Below are positions 18,431 to 29,005 of a stretch of DNA of 50,115 nucleotides, in pieces (positions within the stretch are counted from its first letter, which is position 1; each line of letters opens with the position of its first letter). The translations under genes were made by a program, and so were the position numbers. The stretch covers positions 1-50,115 of the forward strand of contig CAYMYO010000005.1 in assembly GCA_964394685.1 (NCBI GenBank), in the 5' to 3' direction. A model generated the notes under the pieces. The model made no database searches, was not told the DNA's origin, and saw only the letters and a list, made by a program, of their open reading frames with translations. This DNA comes from an uncultured Gammaproteobacteria bacterium. GTDB taxonomy: Bacteria > Patescibacteriota > Microgenomatia > UBA10105 > UBA927.

Positions 18431-20051
18431 ATTGCATACACGATGCTTGTACGTCATACATCGTAAGACCAGACTGTGGATTTTGATAGACAGGAATAAA
18501 TTCCTGATGAAAGAGCGTTTGATTAGGCTGAAGAAATTGTTCTGGATTTCGAGTAAGTTCAATGTAAGCGATATTGTGTTGATGAGCAAGTCTGCAGGCG
18601 ATTTGTTTTGTTTGTGCTCGATATATCTTTTTTTGTATATCTTCCCGTTTGGTTTGGTCATACCCGTACGACCAGGTGAAATAGGAATATCCGGCAAATA
18701 TTTTCCTTCCAGCAAGTGACGCAGGATGATAAAACCAGGTGCTATTAAGAATGATATCTGTGGGTTTTGTTTTGGTTATGAAAAATTCAACGTCTGTATT
18801 TTTAGGAACATCTAATAAGGACATGTACCGGTCGTTGACAATGGGGAAGAAGTCGACGACGCCGGATAAAATTAATCCGATTAATAATACTGCTCCGATA
18901 AATTTACCAACATATCTCAATGAAAAAATTCGAACGAGCATATATGCGGAGAGCATATTACCAATGAGAAGATAGAAGTTGAAAAATTTATGATTATTGA
19001 TCATATCAACGGAAAATTGAAAGAGGTTTGGAATAAGAAAAACAAATAGAAGTGGTATCGTGATTTTTTTGATTCGCGCTGGCGCAAGGATCCATCCAAG
19101 AGGGATAAGAAACGCATGGAGTCCAAGATTTTGTATCCAATACCATAAAACATGGAATGGTGCTAAAGGAGGGGATATGAGGTATCCAGGATTCCAACGA
19201 ATTGTTTTTGGACCTGAAATAAGAGGGATAAGCTGCGGGAAGATATACATAGCTCCAACAACTCCAATGAGTAGCAATAGTACTCGAAGGCGCGGAAATA
19301 GAATGAAATAGCAAGCCATAAATATCGCAAGAATAACAAGAATCGGCTGGTGAAAGTAGGGCATGATCGCAAGAATGAATACTTGAGGGATAAGAAACAA
19401 CATTTGTTTTTTGAATGACATTTTTTCTATATACAAGAGAATCCCAATGAACAGTATGGCAAGGGCAAACGCAAATGCGAGATGCCGTTGATTCGTATAA
19501 ATATTTAAATTCCAAAACGCTGCAATTTCTCCTTGTCCCCACGGTGCAAAAGAAGGAAAAGCCTCATTCGTAACAATGTCTTTTACAGACGCGATTGATA
19601 ACGGATGGAGTGTAAAAAATCGAAGAAACGAGAATGATCCATTGAATAGAAAAAATAAAAGAGAAAGACATGTAATGCGCTTGTCGCGAAATAGTTTTTG
19701 TGCAATGAAGGCAATTGCAATCATAAGTCCTGCAAACCCGATGATACTGGGAATATTGAATGCCCAATCGATACGAAGCCCAATTTTTTCTAAGCTTCCA
19801 ACGAGAAAATAAAATAAGAAATGGTACCGGATCGGTTCACCAGGGAAGAGAGGGCTTTCCGGCGGGAAGTTATCTCCCAAAGAAAACGAACGGATGAGTG
19901 GAATGTGTGCCCCAAAATCACTCCACGCTTTTGGTGCAATAAGCATGGATGAGTTTTTCCCGTCATACGAAAACGTATGAAACATGAGCCAGGAGGAAAA
20001 GAAGAGAGAAAATATCGAGAGGATAATCCAAAAATAGATTTCTTTTTTCAT
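18417..20051 (-). CDS. Multi-pass membrane protein, probable GT-C glycosyltransferase
   Basis: WSDFGAH, YHFLF and NQRH motifs with about 11 hydrophobic segments. Confidence 0.75.
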   Translation of the reverse strand: MKKEIYFWIILSIFSLFFSSWLMFHTFSYDGKNSSMLIAPKAWSDFGAHIPLIRSFSLGDNFPPESPLFPGEPIRYHFLFYFLVGSLEKIGLRIDWAFNIPSIIGFAGLMIAIAFIAQKLFRDKRITCLSLLFFLFNGSFSFLRFFTLHPLSIASVKDIVTNEAFPSFAPWGQGEIAAFWNLNIYTNQRHLAFAFALAILFIGILLYIEKMSFKKQMLFLIPQVFILAIMPYFHQPILVILAIFMACYFILFPRLRVLLLLIGVVGAMYIFPQLIPLISGPKTIRWNPGYLISPPLAPFHVLWYWIQNLGLHAFLIPLGWILAPARIKKITIPLLFVFLIPNLFQFSVDMINNHKFFNFYLLIGNMLSAYMLVRIFSLRYVGKFIGAVLLIGLILSGVVDFFPIVNDRYMSLLDVPKNTDVEFFITKTKPTDIILNSTWFYHPASLAGRKIFAGYSYFTWSYGYDQTKREDIQKKIYRAQTKQIACRLAHQHNIAYIELTRNPEQFLQPNQTLFHQEFIPVYQNPQSGLTMYDVQASCMQYEQR

Positions 20052-20073
20052 AATTTAATTGTATCATTATGAC

Positions 20074-22257
20074 ATGTTTGTTGATGATGTATTTATTGTC
20101 CTCCAATGGTGGAGCATTCTGTTTCTTGTTAGTGCAGCTGCGTTTCCACTGACAAAACGGTTATTTCCAACATGGTACGACAGAGGATACTTGTTTAGTA
20201 AAGCAGTTGGCTTTGCTGTTGTTTCATATATCGTGTATGTTCTTGGAACGCTCCGCATCGCTCCATTTACCCAATTAACAGTCTTTAGTGTGATGGGAGT
20301 TGTATTTATTGCAGGAATTCTTCCTGGATTTTTTCATTCAAATAAGCGAGTGATTATTCAAAATAAGAGGCGATTATTATATTGGGCAAATATCATAGGG
20401 ATGGAAGAGCTTTGTTTTTTCTTTCTCCTTATTTTGTGGAGCTGGGTGAAAGCGCATGAACCATCCATCCGTGGACTTGAGAAATTCATGGATTATGGAT
20501 TCATGCAATCTATTCTCAATGCTCAATACCTGCCTGCCGGCAGGCAGGCTTTCCCGGCCATGGATATGTGGTGGGCCGGGGGATTTATCAATTATTACTA
20601 TTTTGGACATCTGGTCACAGCGGTTCTAACAAAAGTTTCAGGACTCTCCCTTTCCTATACATTTAATCTGATGCTCGCAACACTCTTTGCACTTACTGCT
20701 ACCATGGCATTTAGTATTGGGTATCAATTAACGCGAAAAAAGGGCGTAATTGCAGGAATAATTACTGCGTTTTTTGTCACGCTTGCCGGTAACATGCAAA
20801 CGATTTACGCATTTACCAAAGGATATACCGGAGATCCGCCAGCTGGCGGAGTAAAACCATTTTGGACACTCCTGTGGTCATTTTCTGAATTTTTTTCAAA
20901 AGTTGGAGAAGGGATGCAAACGTATTGGTACGCCAACGCAACCCGGTTTATTCCTTTTACTATTCATGAGTTTCCCAGTTACTCGTTTGTTGTATCCGAT
21001 GTTCATGGTCATGTTCTTTCGCTCCCTTTTGTTTTACTTGCCATAGCGCTGCTTCTATATATGTTTACTTCAGAAGTTATGAAACAAACATTCCACATGG
21101 TGTTTTATGGTTTTCTTGTAGGTGTTTTACTCATGACCAACGCCTTAGATGGTCCTATTTACGGATTACTATTTGCCGTTGGGTGGTTTGTATTTGTGAT
21201 ACTACCACATAGAAAAAGATGGAAAACACAGTGGTGGAATCTAATATATCCCGTTGGATATGTAGCACTTATCGCACTCGTAACAGCCCTTCCGTTTCTG
21301 TTTTACTTTAATTCGTTTGCAACAGGGATTGGAGTTAATTGCCCGCCAGCATCCGCCGCTGGTTGGCGGATCGGTCCGTTTATCTTTGAAGAAGTAGAGA
21401 AGTGTCAACGCTCACCATTCTGGATGATGTGGCTTTTGTGGGGATTTTTTTGGTTTAGCGGCGCTTGGCTATTTATAAGAAAAATATGGAAAAAAGAAGA
21501 TCAGAACAGTCCAATCTTACGAATACTAAAAGTGTTCTATATTGTGGGAATAGCACTGATTATTTTTCCTGAATTTCTATATGTCAAAGATATTTATCCC
21601 GCGCATTTTCGCAGTAACACCATGTTTAAGCTCGGCTACCAAGCATTTATTTGGTGGTCGATTATCGCTGGATTTGTGATAACGCACGTTATCTTTTTTA
21701 TGAAAGAGAAGTCGAAGCGGCTTCTGAGAGCTATTATTATTATTCTTTTTGTTCCACAGGTGTTTCTTGTGTCCATTTTCCCCATATTTTCGATTCGGTC
21801 GTATTTTGGAGAACTCAAAAAATACGAAGGAATTTATGGACTCGGATGGTTGGAAAAAGAATTACCAGATAGTAGTTTTGCCATTGAGTGGCTCAATAAA
21901 CAACCAAAAGATTTGGTCATCGTCGAGGCCGCTGGGGACAGCTATACAGACTATAATCACATATCTGCCTTTACCGGCCTTCCTACTATTACCGGGTGGG
22001 CAGTGCATCAGTGGTTGTGGAGGGGGAGTTTTGACATTGTGTCACCTAGACAAGAAGAAGTGAGAATTATATATGAATCAACGGACGTACAAGAAGTGCT
22101 ACCCATACTAGAGAAATATCATGTTCGGTATGTCATTGTCGGTAAGCAGGAACGCGAAAAATACGCAAATTTACAGGAAGAAAAATTTTTGGAGTTTAGC
22201 CGCGTTGCATTTCAGGTCGGACAAACGACGATATATCAAGTTGACGAAAAGAAGTAG
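20074..22257 (+). CDS. DUF2298 / YYY-domain membrane protein
   Basis: Motifs EKFMDYG, INYYYFG, TIHEFP.YSF..SDVH and NTMFKL.YQ. Confidence 0.88.
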   Translation: MFVDDVFIVLQWWSILFLVSAAAFPLTKRLFPTWYDRGYLFSKAVGFAVVSYIVYVLGTLRIAPFTQLTVFSVMGVVFIAGILPGFFHSNKRVIIQNKRRLLYWANIIGMEELCFFFLLILWSWVKAHEPSIRGLEKFMDYGFMQSILNAQYLPAGRQAFPAMDMWWAGGFINYYYFGHLVTAVLTKVSGLSLSYTFNLMLATLFALTATMAFSIGYQLTRKKGVIAGIITAFFVTLAGNMQTIYAFTKGYTGDPPAGGVKPFWTLLWSFSEFFSKVGEGMQTYWYANATRFIPFTIHEFPSYSFVVSDVHGHVLSLPFVLLAIALLLYMFTSEVMKQTFHMVFYGFLVGVLLMTNALDGPIYGLLFAVGWFVFVILPHRKRWKTQWWNLIYPVGYVALIALVTALPFLFYFNSFATGIGVNCPPASAAGWRIGPFIFEEVEKCQRSPFWMMWLLWGFFWFSGAWLFIRKIWKKEDQNSPILRILKVFYIVGIALIIFPEFLYVKDIYPAHFRSNTMFKLGYQAFIWWSIIAGFVITHVIFFMKEKSKRLLRAIIIILFVPQVFLVSIFPIFSIRSYFGELKKYEGIYGLGWLEKELPDSSFAIEWLNKQPKDLVIVEAAGDSYTDYNHISAFTGLPTITGWAVHQWLWRGSFDIVSPRQEEVRIIYESTDVQEVLPILEKYHVRYVIVGKQEREKYANLQEEKFLEFSRVAFQVGQTTIYQVDEKK

Positions 22258-22281
22258 ATTTGTTATAATCCGTTATAACGG
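22241..22281 (+). promoter_or_regulatory. Promoter and palindromic operator of the AbrB/Doc operon
   Basis: TTGACG-17-TATAAT followed by the perfect palindrome CCGTTATAACGG (22270-22281). Confidence 0.8.
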
Positions 22282-22288
22282 AGGAAAT

Positions 22289-22534
22289 ATATTACAGAAA
22301 ATTATTCAAGTAGGAAATTCTCTTGCAGTGGTGCTCCCAAAACCATTCACAAAGCTCGCCAATTTTAAGGCAGGAGATTATGTTAGCATGGAGACCAATG
22401 AACATATTCATGCTGTCTATATTCGTCCGAAACAATATGAAGATCAACCAGGACTTACTCCGGAGTTTAAAGCATGGCTCGATGATGTAGCTTCAAAAGA
22501 AAAAGATACTATTCAAGCACTTGCCCGTGTATGA
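22289..22534 (+). CDS. AbrB/MazE-family antitoxin (apparent ATA start)
   Basis: KIIQVGNSLAVVLPK motif. A GGAGG SD precedes an ATA codon, and the gene overlaps the doc start (ATGA). Confidence 0.85.
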   Translation: MLQKIIQVGNSLAVVLPKPFTKLANFKAGDYVSMETNEHIHAVYIRPKQYEDQPGLTPEFKAWLDDVASKEKDTIQALARV

Positions 22535-22920
22535 ACTATATTAGTCTTGATGAGGTATATGCAATTCATCTCCGAATGATTACTGTTGGTGGTGGGAGAG
22601 GTGATATTCATGATTTTACATTGTTACACTCAGCTATTGAGCGGCCAAAAGTGACATTTGGCGGAAAAGAGCTTTATCCAACGATTTGGAATAAAGCAGC
22701 CGCGCTTATTCATTCTTTGGTAAAAAATCATCCGTTTGATGATGGAAATAAACGAACAGCGTACTATTCGACAAAACGGTTCCTTTTTATGAATTGTTGG
22801 CAACTCTCGGCTAAAAAAGACGATGTTATTACATTTATGGTTTCAATAGATGTGAAGAATCTTTCGCTTCCAACGATAGAGCGTTGGCTTCGAACGCATA
22901 GTAAACGTCTATTGACATAA
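22531..22920 (+). CDS. doc: Death-on-curing (Fic/Doc) toxin
   Basis: HPFDDGNKR motif. Confidence 0.92.
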   Translation: MNYISLDEVYAIHLRMITVGGGRGDIHDFTLLHSAIERPKVTFGGKELYPTIWNKAAALIHSLVKNHPFDDGNKRTAYYSTKRFLFMNCWQLSAKKDDVITFMVSIDVKNLSLPTIERWLRTHSKRLLT

Positions 22921-23012
22921 AATCGCGAATATGATGTAATATCCTTAGTTAAACGATTCCTCTTGTACGAAATGTCATTTTCCAAGAATTTTTCCAAAAC
23001 AAGTGACTAATT

Positions 23013-24602
23013 ATGGCCTATAAAGCCTCTGTAAAAAAACCAGTAACAAAGAAGAAAACCACAGTTCCTCCGCCTCAGCCAAAGGCTGATGTTGAAGTAC
23101 CAAAACAAGGATTATCCATTGATGATCTGATCGGGGGACCTGTAGAAGAAAAAATAGCGCCTCCGCCAAAGGCGGATCAGCCTTTGGCTGAAGTTGCGTC
23201 ATCTGTGTCTCCGCAACCTGTCTATCGATCAACAGCGCCTGGTGGATCTGCCTTGCCGAGTCAAGGCGGGTTTACCTCGTCGCAAGGCGGGTATCGGCCA
23301 CAATATAATCGTGGTGGAGGAAGATATGATCGACCAATGGGTGGACAACGTTCGTATGGAAATCAAGGATACGGATATCAGTCTCGAGGATATCAAGGTG
23401 GATATAACAGGCCCGTTCAACGGGATTTTATACCAGCGCCAGATGGTGCCGGATTTACTGTCGATATCAATGTCCCAACCGAAACAGTAAAGGGAGTTCT
23501 TGATTTGACTCCAGAAGGACATGGATTTTTGCGTCCTAAATTTACGCCAAGCGATAAAGATGTGTATATTTCCCAATCACAAATTAGGCGTTTTTTACTT
23601 CGAAATGGTGATGAAGTGGAAGGACAGGCACGACAACCAAAAGAAAACGAACGGTATTGGGGATTACTTAAAGTTGAAAAAATAAATGAAGTGGTAGCTG
23701 AGGAAATGGTTAATCGACCACGATTTGACGACCTCACTCCTATTTATCCAAATACACTCCTTCGCCTTGAAACAGGGCAACTGCCTCTTTCAACTCGGAT
23801 TATGGATTTACTGTGTCCAATCGGCTTTGGTCAACGGGGACTCATCGTTTCTCCGCCAAAAGCAGGGAAAACAACAATTCTTAAAGAAATTGCAGCTGGA
23901 GTGACTGCCAATTATCCAAATGTACACCTCATGGCAGCGTTAATCGGGGAGCGACCGGAAGAAGTGACGGATTTAACCAGAAGTATTAAAGGTGAAGTGT
24001 TGGCAAGTAATTTCGATGAATCGCCGCAAGCACAAACGCGCGTTGCTGAAATTGCGCTTGATCGGGCAAAGCGGCTTGTTGAGATGGGTAAAGACGTTGT
24101 TGTTCTTCTTGATTCCATCACACGGCTTGCACGAGCATACAACCTTGTCGTCAATCCATCAGGGAGAACGCTTTCTGGAGGATTTGATCCGGCTGCACTA
24201 TTTCCAGCAAAGAAATTTTTAGGAGCTGCCAGGTGCATTGAAGCGGCAGCAGACAGTGGAAAATCAACCAATGGGTCATTGACGGTGATCGGAACTGCGC
24301 TTGTAGAAACCGGAAGCCGTATGGATGACCTGATTTACGAGGAATTCAAGGGAACCGGGAACATGGAATTGCATCTTTCAAGAAAACTCCAGGAACGACG
24401 CGTTTTTCCGGCTATTGATATTGCGGGATCCGGCACCCGTCATGATGAGCTCATGCTTGGAGAAGATGCGATGAAGCGCATTATTACGCTTCGGCATATG
24501 ATTACCTTGCTTGGTGATGATGAGCAGACCGTCATGATGATCGACCGCCTCGGCAAAACCAAAACAAATGAAGAGTTTTTGGAGAGTTTGAGCCAGGGTT
24601 GA
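23013..24602 (+). CDS. rho: Transcription termination factor Rho with long N-terminal extension
   Basis: Motifs GHGFLR, DVYISQSQIRRF, PPKAGKT, ERPEEVTD, LDSITRLARAYN and EEFKGTGNMELHL. Confidence 0.98.
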   Translation: MAYKASVKKPVTKKKTTVPPPQPKADVEVPKQGLSIDDLIGGPVEEKIAPPPKADQPLAEVASSVSPQPVYRSTAPGGSALPSQGGFTSSQGGYRPQYNRGGGRYDRPMGGQRSYGNQGYGYQSRGYQGGYNRPVQRDFIPAPDGAGFTVDINVPTETVKGVLDLTPEGHGFLRPKFTPSDKDVYISQSQIRRFLLRNGDEVEGQARQPKENERYWGLLKVEKINEVVAEEMVNRPRFDDLTPIYPNTLLRLETGQLPLSTRIMDLLCPIGFGQRGLIVSPPKAGKTTILKEIAAGVTANYPNVHLMAALIGERPEEVTDLTRSIKGEVLASNFDESPQAQTRVAEIALDRAKRLVEMGKDVVVLLDSITRLARAYNLVVNPSGRTLSGGFDPAALFPAKKFLGAARCIEAAADSGKSTNGSLTVIGTALVETGSRMDDLIYEEFKGTGNMELHLSRKLQERRVFPAIDIAGSGTRHDELMLGEDAMKRIITLRHMITLLGDDEQTVMMIDRLGKTKTNEEFLESLSQG

Positions 24603-24608
24603 TTCTTT

Positions 24609-25189
24609 ATGGATAATAGTTATAAAAGTTATAACGATAATAAAAATTATAACGGTTATAAAGATCTGCCATTTTTCCGTCAGGCGGAAATAATCCACGA
24701 TTTTACTGCAGAATTTACCCAAAAATATATTGATTACAAATCCAGGACTCGTGATCAGACCTGCCTGCCGGCAGGCAGGTGGATCAGGCAGCCCGGTCAG
24801 GGAAACAGAATATAGCCAAGGGCTATTTACAAAAGAGCATTGAGGGAAAATTGAAATTACTTGCGGTTGCCCGCGGATCGCTTGAAGAACTGCTTCATGA
24901 CTATTTAGATTATCTGCGTCAACATCAGTTACCCATATGGGACAAGAATGATTCTCGGTCTTTAGTCATTCGAAAGATTGTTTATAAAATTTATAAAAAT
25001 TATAACGATTATAAAATTTATATTTTTTTACCGGAAGAGGCAGCAAATGCGATGGTAATTCTGATCAACCAAACAAATCAATTATTGGATCAAAAACTCC
25101 GTTGGATCGAAGATCAGTTCATCAAAGAAGGTGGTTTCCGGGAAAATTTATTAAAAAAGCGACTCGCATATCGGCAGAGGGATGTATAA
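24609..25189 (+). pseudogene. Four-helix-bundle protein (IVP/Avd-like family) disrupted by a 20-bp insertion
   Basis: Removing 24760-24779 restores RTRDQMDQAARSGKQNIA. Downstream motifs ARGSLEELL.DY.DYLR and FIKEGGFRE are present. Confidence 0.88.
24760..24779. repeat. 20-bp palindrome CCTGCCTGCCGGCAGGCAGG (also at 20529-20548 and 31309-31328)
   Basis: Three identical perfect palindromes, all inside ORFs. Confidence 0.95.
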
Positions 25190-25200
25190 TCTTCATATGT

Positions 25201-26316
25201 ATGACACCACGATTATCTGATAAAAGAAAGAAAGAAATAAACGCAGTTATTTGCGACCGCTCCAATGTTTTTTACTGGCAAACAGACCGTCAAATAACTC
25301 CCGAGGAAGCAGGCACTATTTGGGCGGATCGTCATAAGTACTTCACTGATGAGGAAATAGTATCCCATGTCAATACATTTTGGTCAGATAATCAGGTTAC
25401 ATCTTTGGTTCCTCTTGATCAAGAAGCATCGACAAATCTTGGAAGTGTTAATTCAGTACGCATTGGTCATACGAAGAACGGATATGATGTCATTATTCGA
25501 CTTCATCCGAAAGGCATTCAAAACGGATATTTCTATGTTGAGGCTGAAGCAGCTAGATTAGCAAAATCCATTCACCTTCCGTCATACACAACGTATGTCA
25601 TTCACCTGTATGAACACGATGATGATTTTTCCTTTCAGGCATGTGAGCAATTGAAAGGGATTGCGGTTAAAAAATGGCTTGATCAACATCCTGAAGATGA
25701 AAAACGTTTTATATATGACATTGGAAAAACCATGGCGAAACTGCACACGATTCATGTATCAAGGTTTGGTCCGTTTATCAATGAGTGCGCAAAAGAGCAT
25801 CAGCTCATTGGTATACACAAAATAGAAAGAAATGCCGTTCTTGCAGGATTACCATTTAACCTTGAAGTTTTAACAAAAGAGTCTATTTTTCAACCTGCGT
25901 ACGTCAATAAAATTCAAGAATTATTTGATATGTCTCCACTCTTATCCTGTCAAAATCCGGTTCTCGTTCATAATGATTTTGCCGATTGGAATTTATTGAC
26001 GGATGGCAACCATATAACCGGTATTTGCGATTGGGATGAATGTGTCGGAGGAGATCCTATTGCTGATATAGCTTGTTGGAGCACGTTTTTTAATCCTGAA
26101 CGGCTATCGACATTTTTAGAAGGGTATTTTTCTACTTCTATAAAACCTCATGATTTTGATGAAAAATTTGAGTTATTACGGTTTCGTTATACCATTTCAA
26201 AAATGACCCTCAGGATTCGGCGTTATCTATGGGAACCGAGTTTGTCGATGAAAGAGAAAATTGAAATAGGAAAGCAACATCTTGCATTATCCTTGAAGCA
26301 CTTCAAAATTAGTTAA
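25201..26316 (+). CDS. Aminoglycoside phosphotransferase-like kinase
   Basis: Motifs [19 protein letters not shown] and GDPIADIA. Confidence 0.88.
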   Translation: MTPRLSDKRKKEINAVICDRSNVFYWQTDRQITPEEAGTIWADRHKYFTDEEIVSHVNTFWSDNQVTSLVPLDQEASTNLGSVNSVRIGHTKNGYDVIIRLHPKGIQNGYFYVEAEAARLAKSIHLPSYTTYVIHLYEHDDDFSFQACEQLKGIAVKKWLDQHPEDEKRFIYDIGKTMAKLHTIHVSRFGPFINECAKEHQLIGIHKIERNAVLAGLPFNLEVLTKESIFQPAYVNKIQELFDMSPLLSCQNPVLVHNDFADWNLLTDGNHITGICDWDECVGGDPIADIACWSTFFNPERLSTFLEGYFSTSIKPHDFDEKFELLRFRYTISKMTLRIRRYLWEPSLSMKEKIEIGKQHLALSLKHFKIS

Positions 26317-29005
26317 TCACCCACCAATTAAATGAGATGTCGGTCAAGGTGAGAGAGATGATGGCCACGGTGAATGCACCTTCCTTTTTATTTACCACAG
26401 ATAGTGTTTTATCAGTTGGGGTAGTGGGAGTGATAAAGATGAGCGATTTTGGTCCGACTTTATCCGTACTAATAGTTATTGATGACGTTCCTCGTGCAAT
26501 CATTGATTCGCCAACCGATGCAGTTTGAGCGGAGTTCGTTGCATTTTTATCTACTTCAACAGTGAATTTTGCTGAAGCTAATTCTTTTGCCGAGAGCGTT
26601 CCACTGACACTTGCTGATCCATTTACAATAAGCTTGCCAAGGGCAGATGGAGTAGCAGATTCTGTTGATTCTAGGAGCGGTTCTTGGGCAAGATCAAAGG
26701 TGATATCATGAGCTTCTAAAGGTCGTACGGTATCAATGCCAAGAATTCCTTGGATTTTTACGTTTTTGGTAAACAATGCATCACCAGACGTATTAATTAC
26801 AATTGAACCATTCATAATATCGAGATTCGCAAGCCGTAGTTTTTGTAAATAAAGGGGTTCTCCAGCTGTTTGAATCCCGTCACTCGTTATTCGAATGGTT
26901 CCATCGACCATAAGTGATCCCGCAATCATGGTTTCACCTAAGACTGCGCCGCCAAGAACCGAGAGGTTGTTGTTAAGCAGCATGGTATCAAGCGTGAGAT
27001 TTCTTCCTGAAAGATCGATATGGTTCTGATCAATTTGATTTTCAAATAATTTCGCAAGAAACGCAGCAGTGGTTGCAGGTAGTTCGGGATTTAAGTCAAC
27101 TGTCGGCGGAGTGACCATTTCAGCAATTGCGCTTTCTGTCGCTTCTATTGGGATACTTGATGCGGTTGCAATAGTTGCAACAAGTGATGAAATAGATGCA
27201 ATTCTCTCTTCGATATCGCCAAAACTGGTAACGATCCGCGATGCGTATAATGTATTGTCAATATGCGCTTCATTTGCATGTACTGCTTCTGCTGTCAATT
27301 CACCTGCAATCGTTGCATCACCATGTTCTGAAAAAGTTACAACTGGTTCATCATTGGTATTTGTTATCACAAAATGTGATGTGATGGTAGGTAATTGAAC
27401 CTCTATGGAATCGCCGGAAAGGGGAGAGATAGCATTTGTTTTCAACATATCAACTTCAACAAGCGGAGAAATGATTTTTTGCGGCGTGAATACAGTAGTC
27501 ATTTCCTGCATCGCTTTGACGATATAGGGAATAAGAGATGTGGCATCAAATGTCAAAAATCCGTCAGTAGGATTGGTACGGACAAGACTTGGTACGACCG
27601 TCTGTACTTCCTGCGCGATAAATCCGGATTCATTTTTAACACCGTTTATAAAATCAAACGTAACCGGCCGAAGTTTGCCAACAAGATCAAGTGCCTTACC
27701 TGTGATCGTGTTGATATTTTCTTTCAGTCGTACATCTGATGTGCATTGGCCGATCTTTCCGGTAACTGTGTTAATACACATGCTTGTTGCGCTGACAGCT
27801 GATGTCGAAAGATCATAAAAGTCACCATTTGATATTTTTACATCTCCAGTATTTCCATCAAGAAGAATAAGCGCGCTTGCAGTTGATGTTGTGCTTGGGT
27901 TATCACTTGGAGAAAATGTTGTACTTCCTAAAGCTATGCTACGATTAACAACAGGATAAGGAAAAATAAGATTATTCAAAATTCCGAGTACTGGTGTACC
28001 ATTAATTCCTCCCGCGCCCATTTCTCCCGTTGGTCCCGTCGCACCGACAGCCCCGGTTGCGCCGGTTGGACCAGAGGAACCATTTAATCCTGTCGCGCCG
28101 GTAACTCCCGTTGCGCCTGTTGATCCTGTTGGACCAACGACTCCCGTTGCGCCGGTTGCGCCCGTTGGACTTGTTGAACCAGTTTGTCCTGTAGCACCTG
28201 TTGCACCCAACACCATTCCGATAGATCCTGACGATCCTGAAGGATTTGAAGGAATAGGGTTTGGCTTTGATAGTACTGTTGTTTTTTTTGTTTCAGCAGC
28301 TTTGTAACTTATTGATCTTTGATTTTGAACACCGATTACTTGTGTAGCTACAATACCGATACCAAGAAATAAAAGAAAAACTGCGGCAATAATTGGCCAC
28401 GGTGTTTTTTGATATAGTTTTCTATCTTTTGATTCATTTTTTATTGGTTCAACAATAATTTCTTCTTTTGATAGATCTTCAAGTTCAGTAGGTGTAGTGT
28501 GTAATTCTGGAAATGTTGGGTCGCCGGGTAGTTGATGTTCGGCCTTTTCAACCAATGGTTGATCGTCCTTTGGACGAGGCTGAGGAATCCGTTGATAGGG
28601 AGTGTGGGATTTTGTGATAGTAAGTAAATCTTCAGGATAATACCGTCTGGCATTTCCATTGGTACGTGCACTATGAATAAGGCGCGCTTTTTCCCATCGA
28701 AGAAGTGTGTTTTTCGATATTTTTAACATGTGTGCTGCATCACTAAGAGATAAAGGATGTTGAGGTATTCTGATATCTTTTGTATTATTTAAAGATTCCA
28801 AATTTGAATCTGTTGATATATTTTGTTTTGTTTTGATAGCATCTAACGCTTCTCGAGAAATGAGATGAATACCATTGACATCAATTGTTGCTTCTAGTTT
28901 TCCAATTTTTATCCAATTACGAATGGTATTTTTTGATAACGAGAGTAATTTAGCAACCTGTCCTATAGTTAACTGTGATGGTGTTGCTGATACTTTCATA
29001 TTCAT
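26309..29005 (-). CDS. Membrane-anchored protein: 2x MerR-type HTH, TM, collagen-like repeat, peptidase S74 chaperone domain, beta-rich C-terminus
   Basis: HTHs [18 protein letters not shown] and [18 protein letters not shown]; [19 protein letters not shown]; GxT triplets; SDVRLKENI...GFIAQEV. Confidence 0.88.
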   Translation of the reverse strand: MNMKVSATPSQLTIGQVAKLLSLSKNTIRNWIKIGKLEATIDVNGIHLISREALDAIKTKQNISTDSNLESLNNTKDIRIPQHPLSLSDAAHMLKISKNTLLRWEKARLIHSARTNGNARRYYPEDLLTITKSHTPYQRIPQPRPKDDQPLVEKAEHQLPGDPTFPELHTTPTELEDLSKEEIIVEPIKNESKDRKLYQKTPWPIIAAVFLLFLGIGIVATQVIGVQNQRSISYKAAETKKTTVLSKPNPIPSNPSGSSGSIGMVLGATGATGQTGSTSPTGATGATGVVGPTGSTGATGVTGATGLNGSSGPTGATGAVGATGPTGEMGAGGINGTPVLGILNNLIFPYPVVNRSIALGSTTFSPSDNPSTTSTASALILLDGNTGDVKISNGDFYDLSTSAVSATSMCINTVTGKIGQCTSDVRLKENINTITGKALDLVGKLRPVTFDFINGVKNESGFIAQEVQTVVPSLVRTNPTDGFLTFDATSLIPYIVKAMQEMTTVFTPQKIISPLVEVDMLKTNAISPLSGDSIEVQLPTITSHFVITNTNDEPVVTFSEHGDATIAGELTAEAVHANEAHIDNTLYASRIVTSFGDIEERIASISSLVATIATASSIPIEATESAIAEMVTPPTVDLNPELPATTAAFLAKLFENQIDQNHIDLSGRNLTLDTMLLNNNLSVLGGAVLGETMIAGSLMVDGTIRITSDGIQTAGEPLYLQKLRLANLDIMNGSIVINTSGDALFTKNVKIQGILGIDTVRPLEAHDITFDLAQEPLLESTESATPSALGKLIVNGSASVSGTLSAKELASAKFTVEVDKNATNSAQTASVGESMIARGTSSITISTDKVGPKSLIFITPTTPTDKTLSVVNKKEGAFTVAIISLTLTDISFNWWVIN
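28006..28210 (-). repeat. Collagen-like G-X-T codon repeats
   Basis: Translation [10 protein letters not shown]...[16 protein letters not shown]. Confidence 0.9.

Noticed and set aside
18431-18715. N-terminal 95 aa of the 698-aa ORF call, and similar extensions at 11565, 22121 and 25102
   Set aside because: They overlap neighbouring real genes. Downstream starts fit the family N-termini and promoter positions better.
24609-25189. Avd-like four-helix bundle as a sign of a diversity-generating retroelement
   Set aside because: I found no reverse transcriptase and no TR/VR pair with adenine-specific mismatches in the window.
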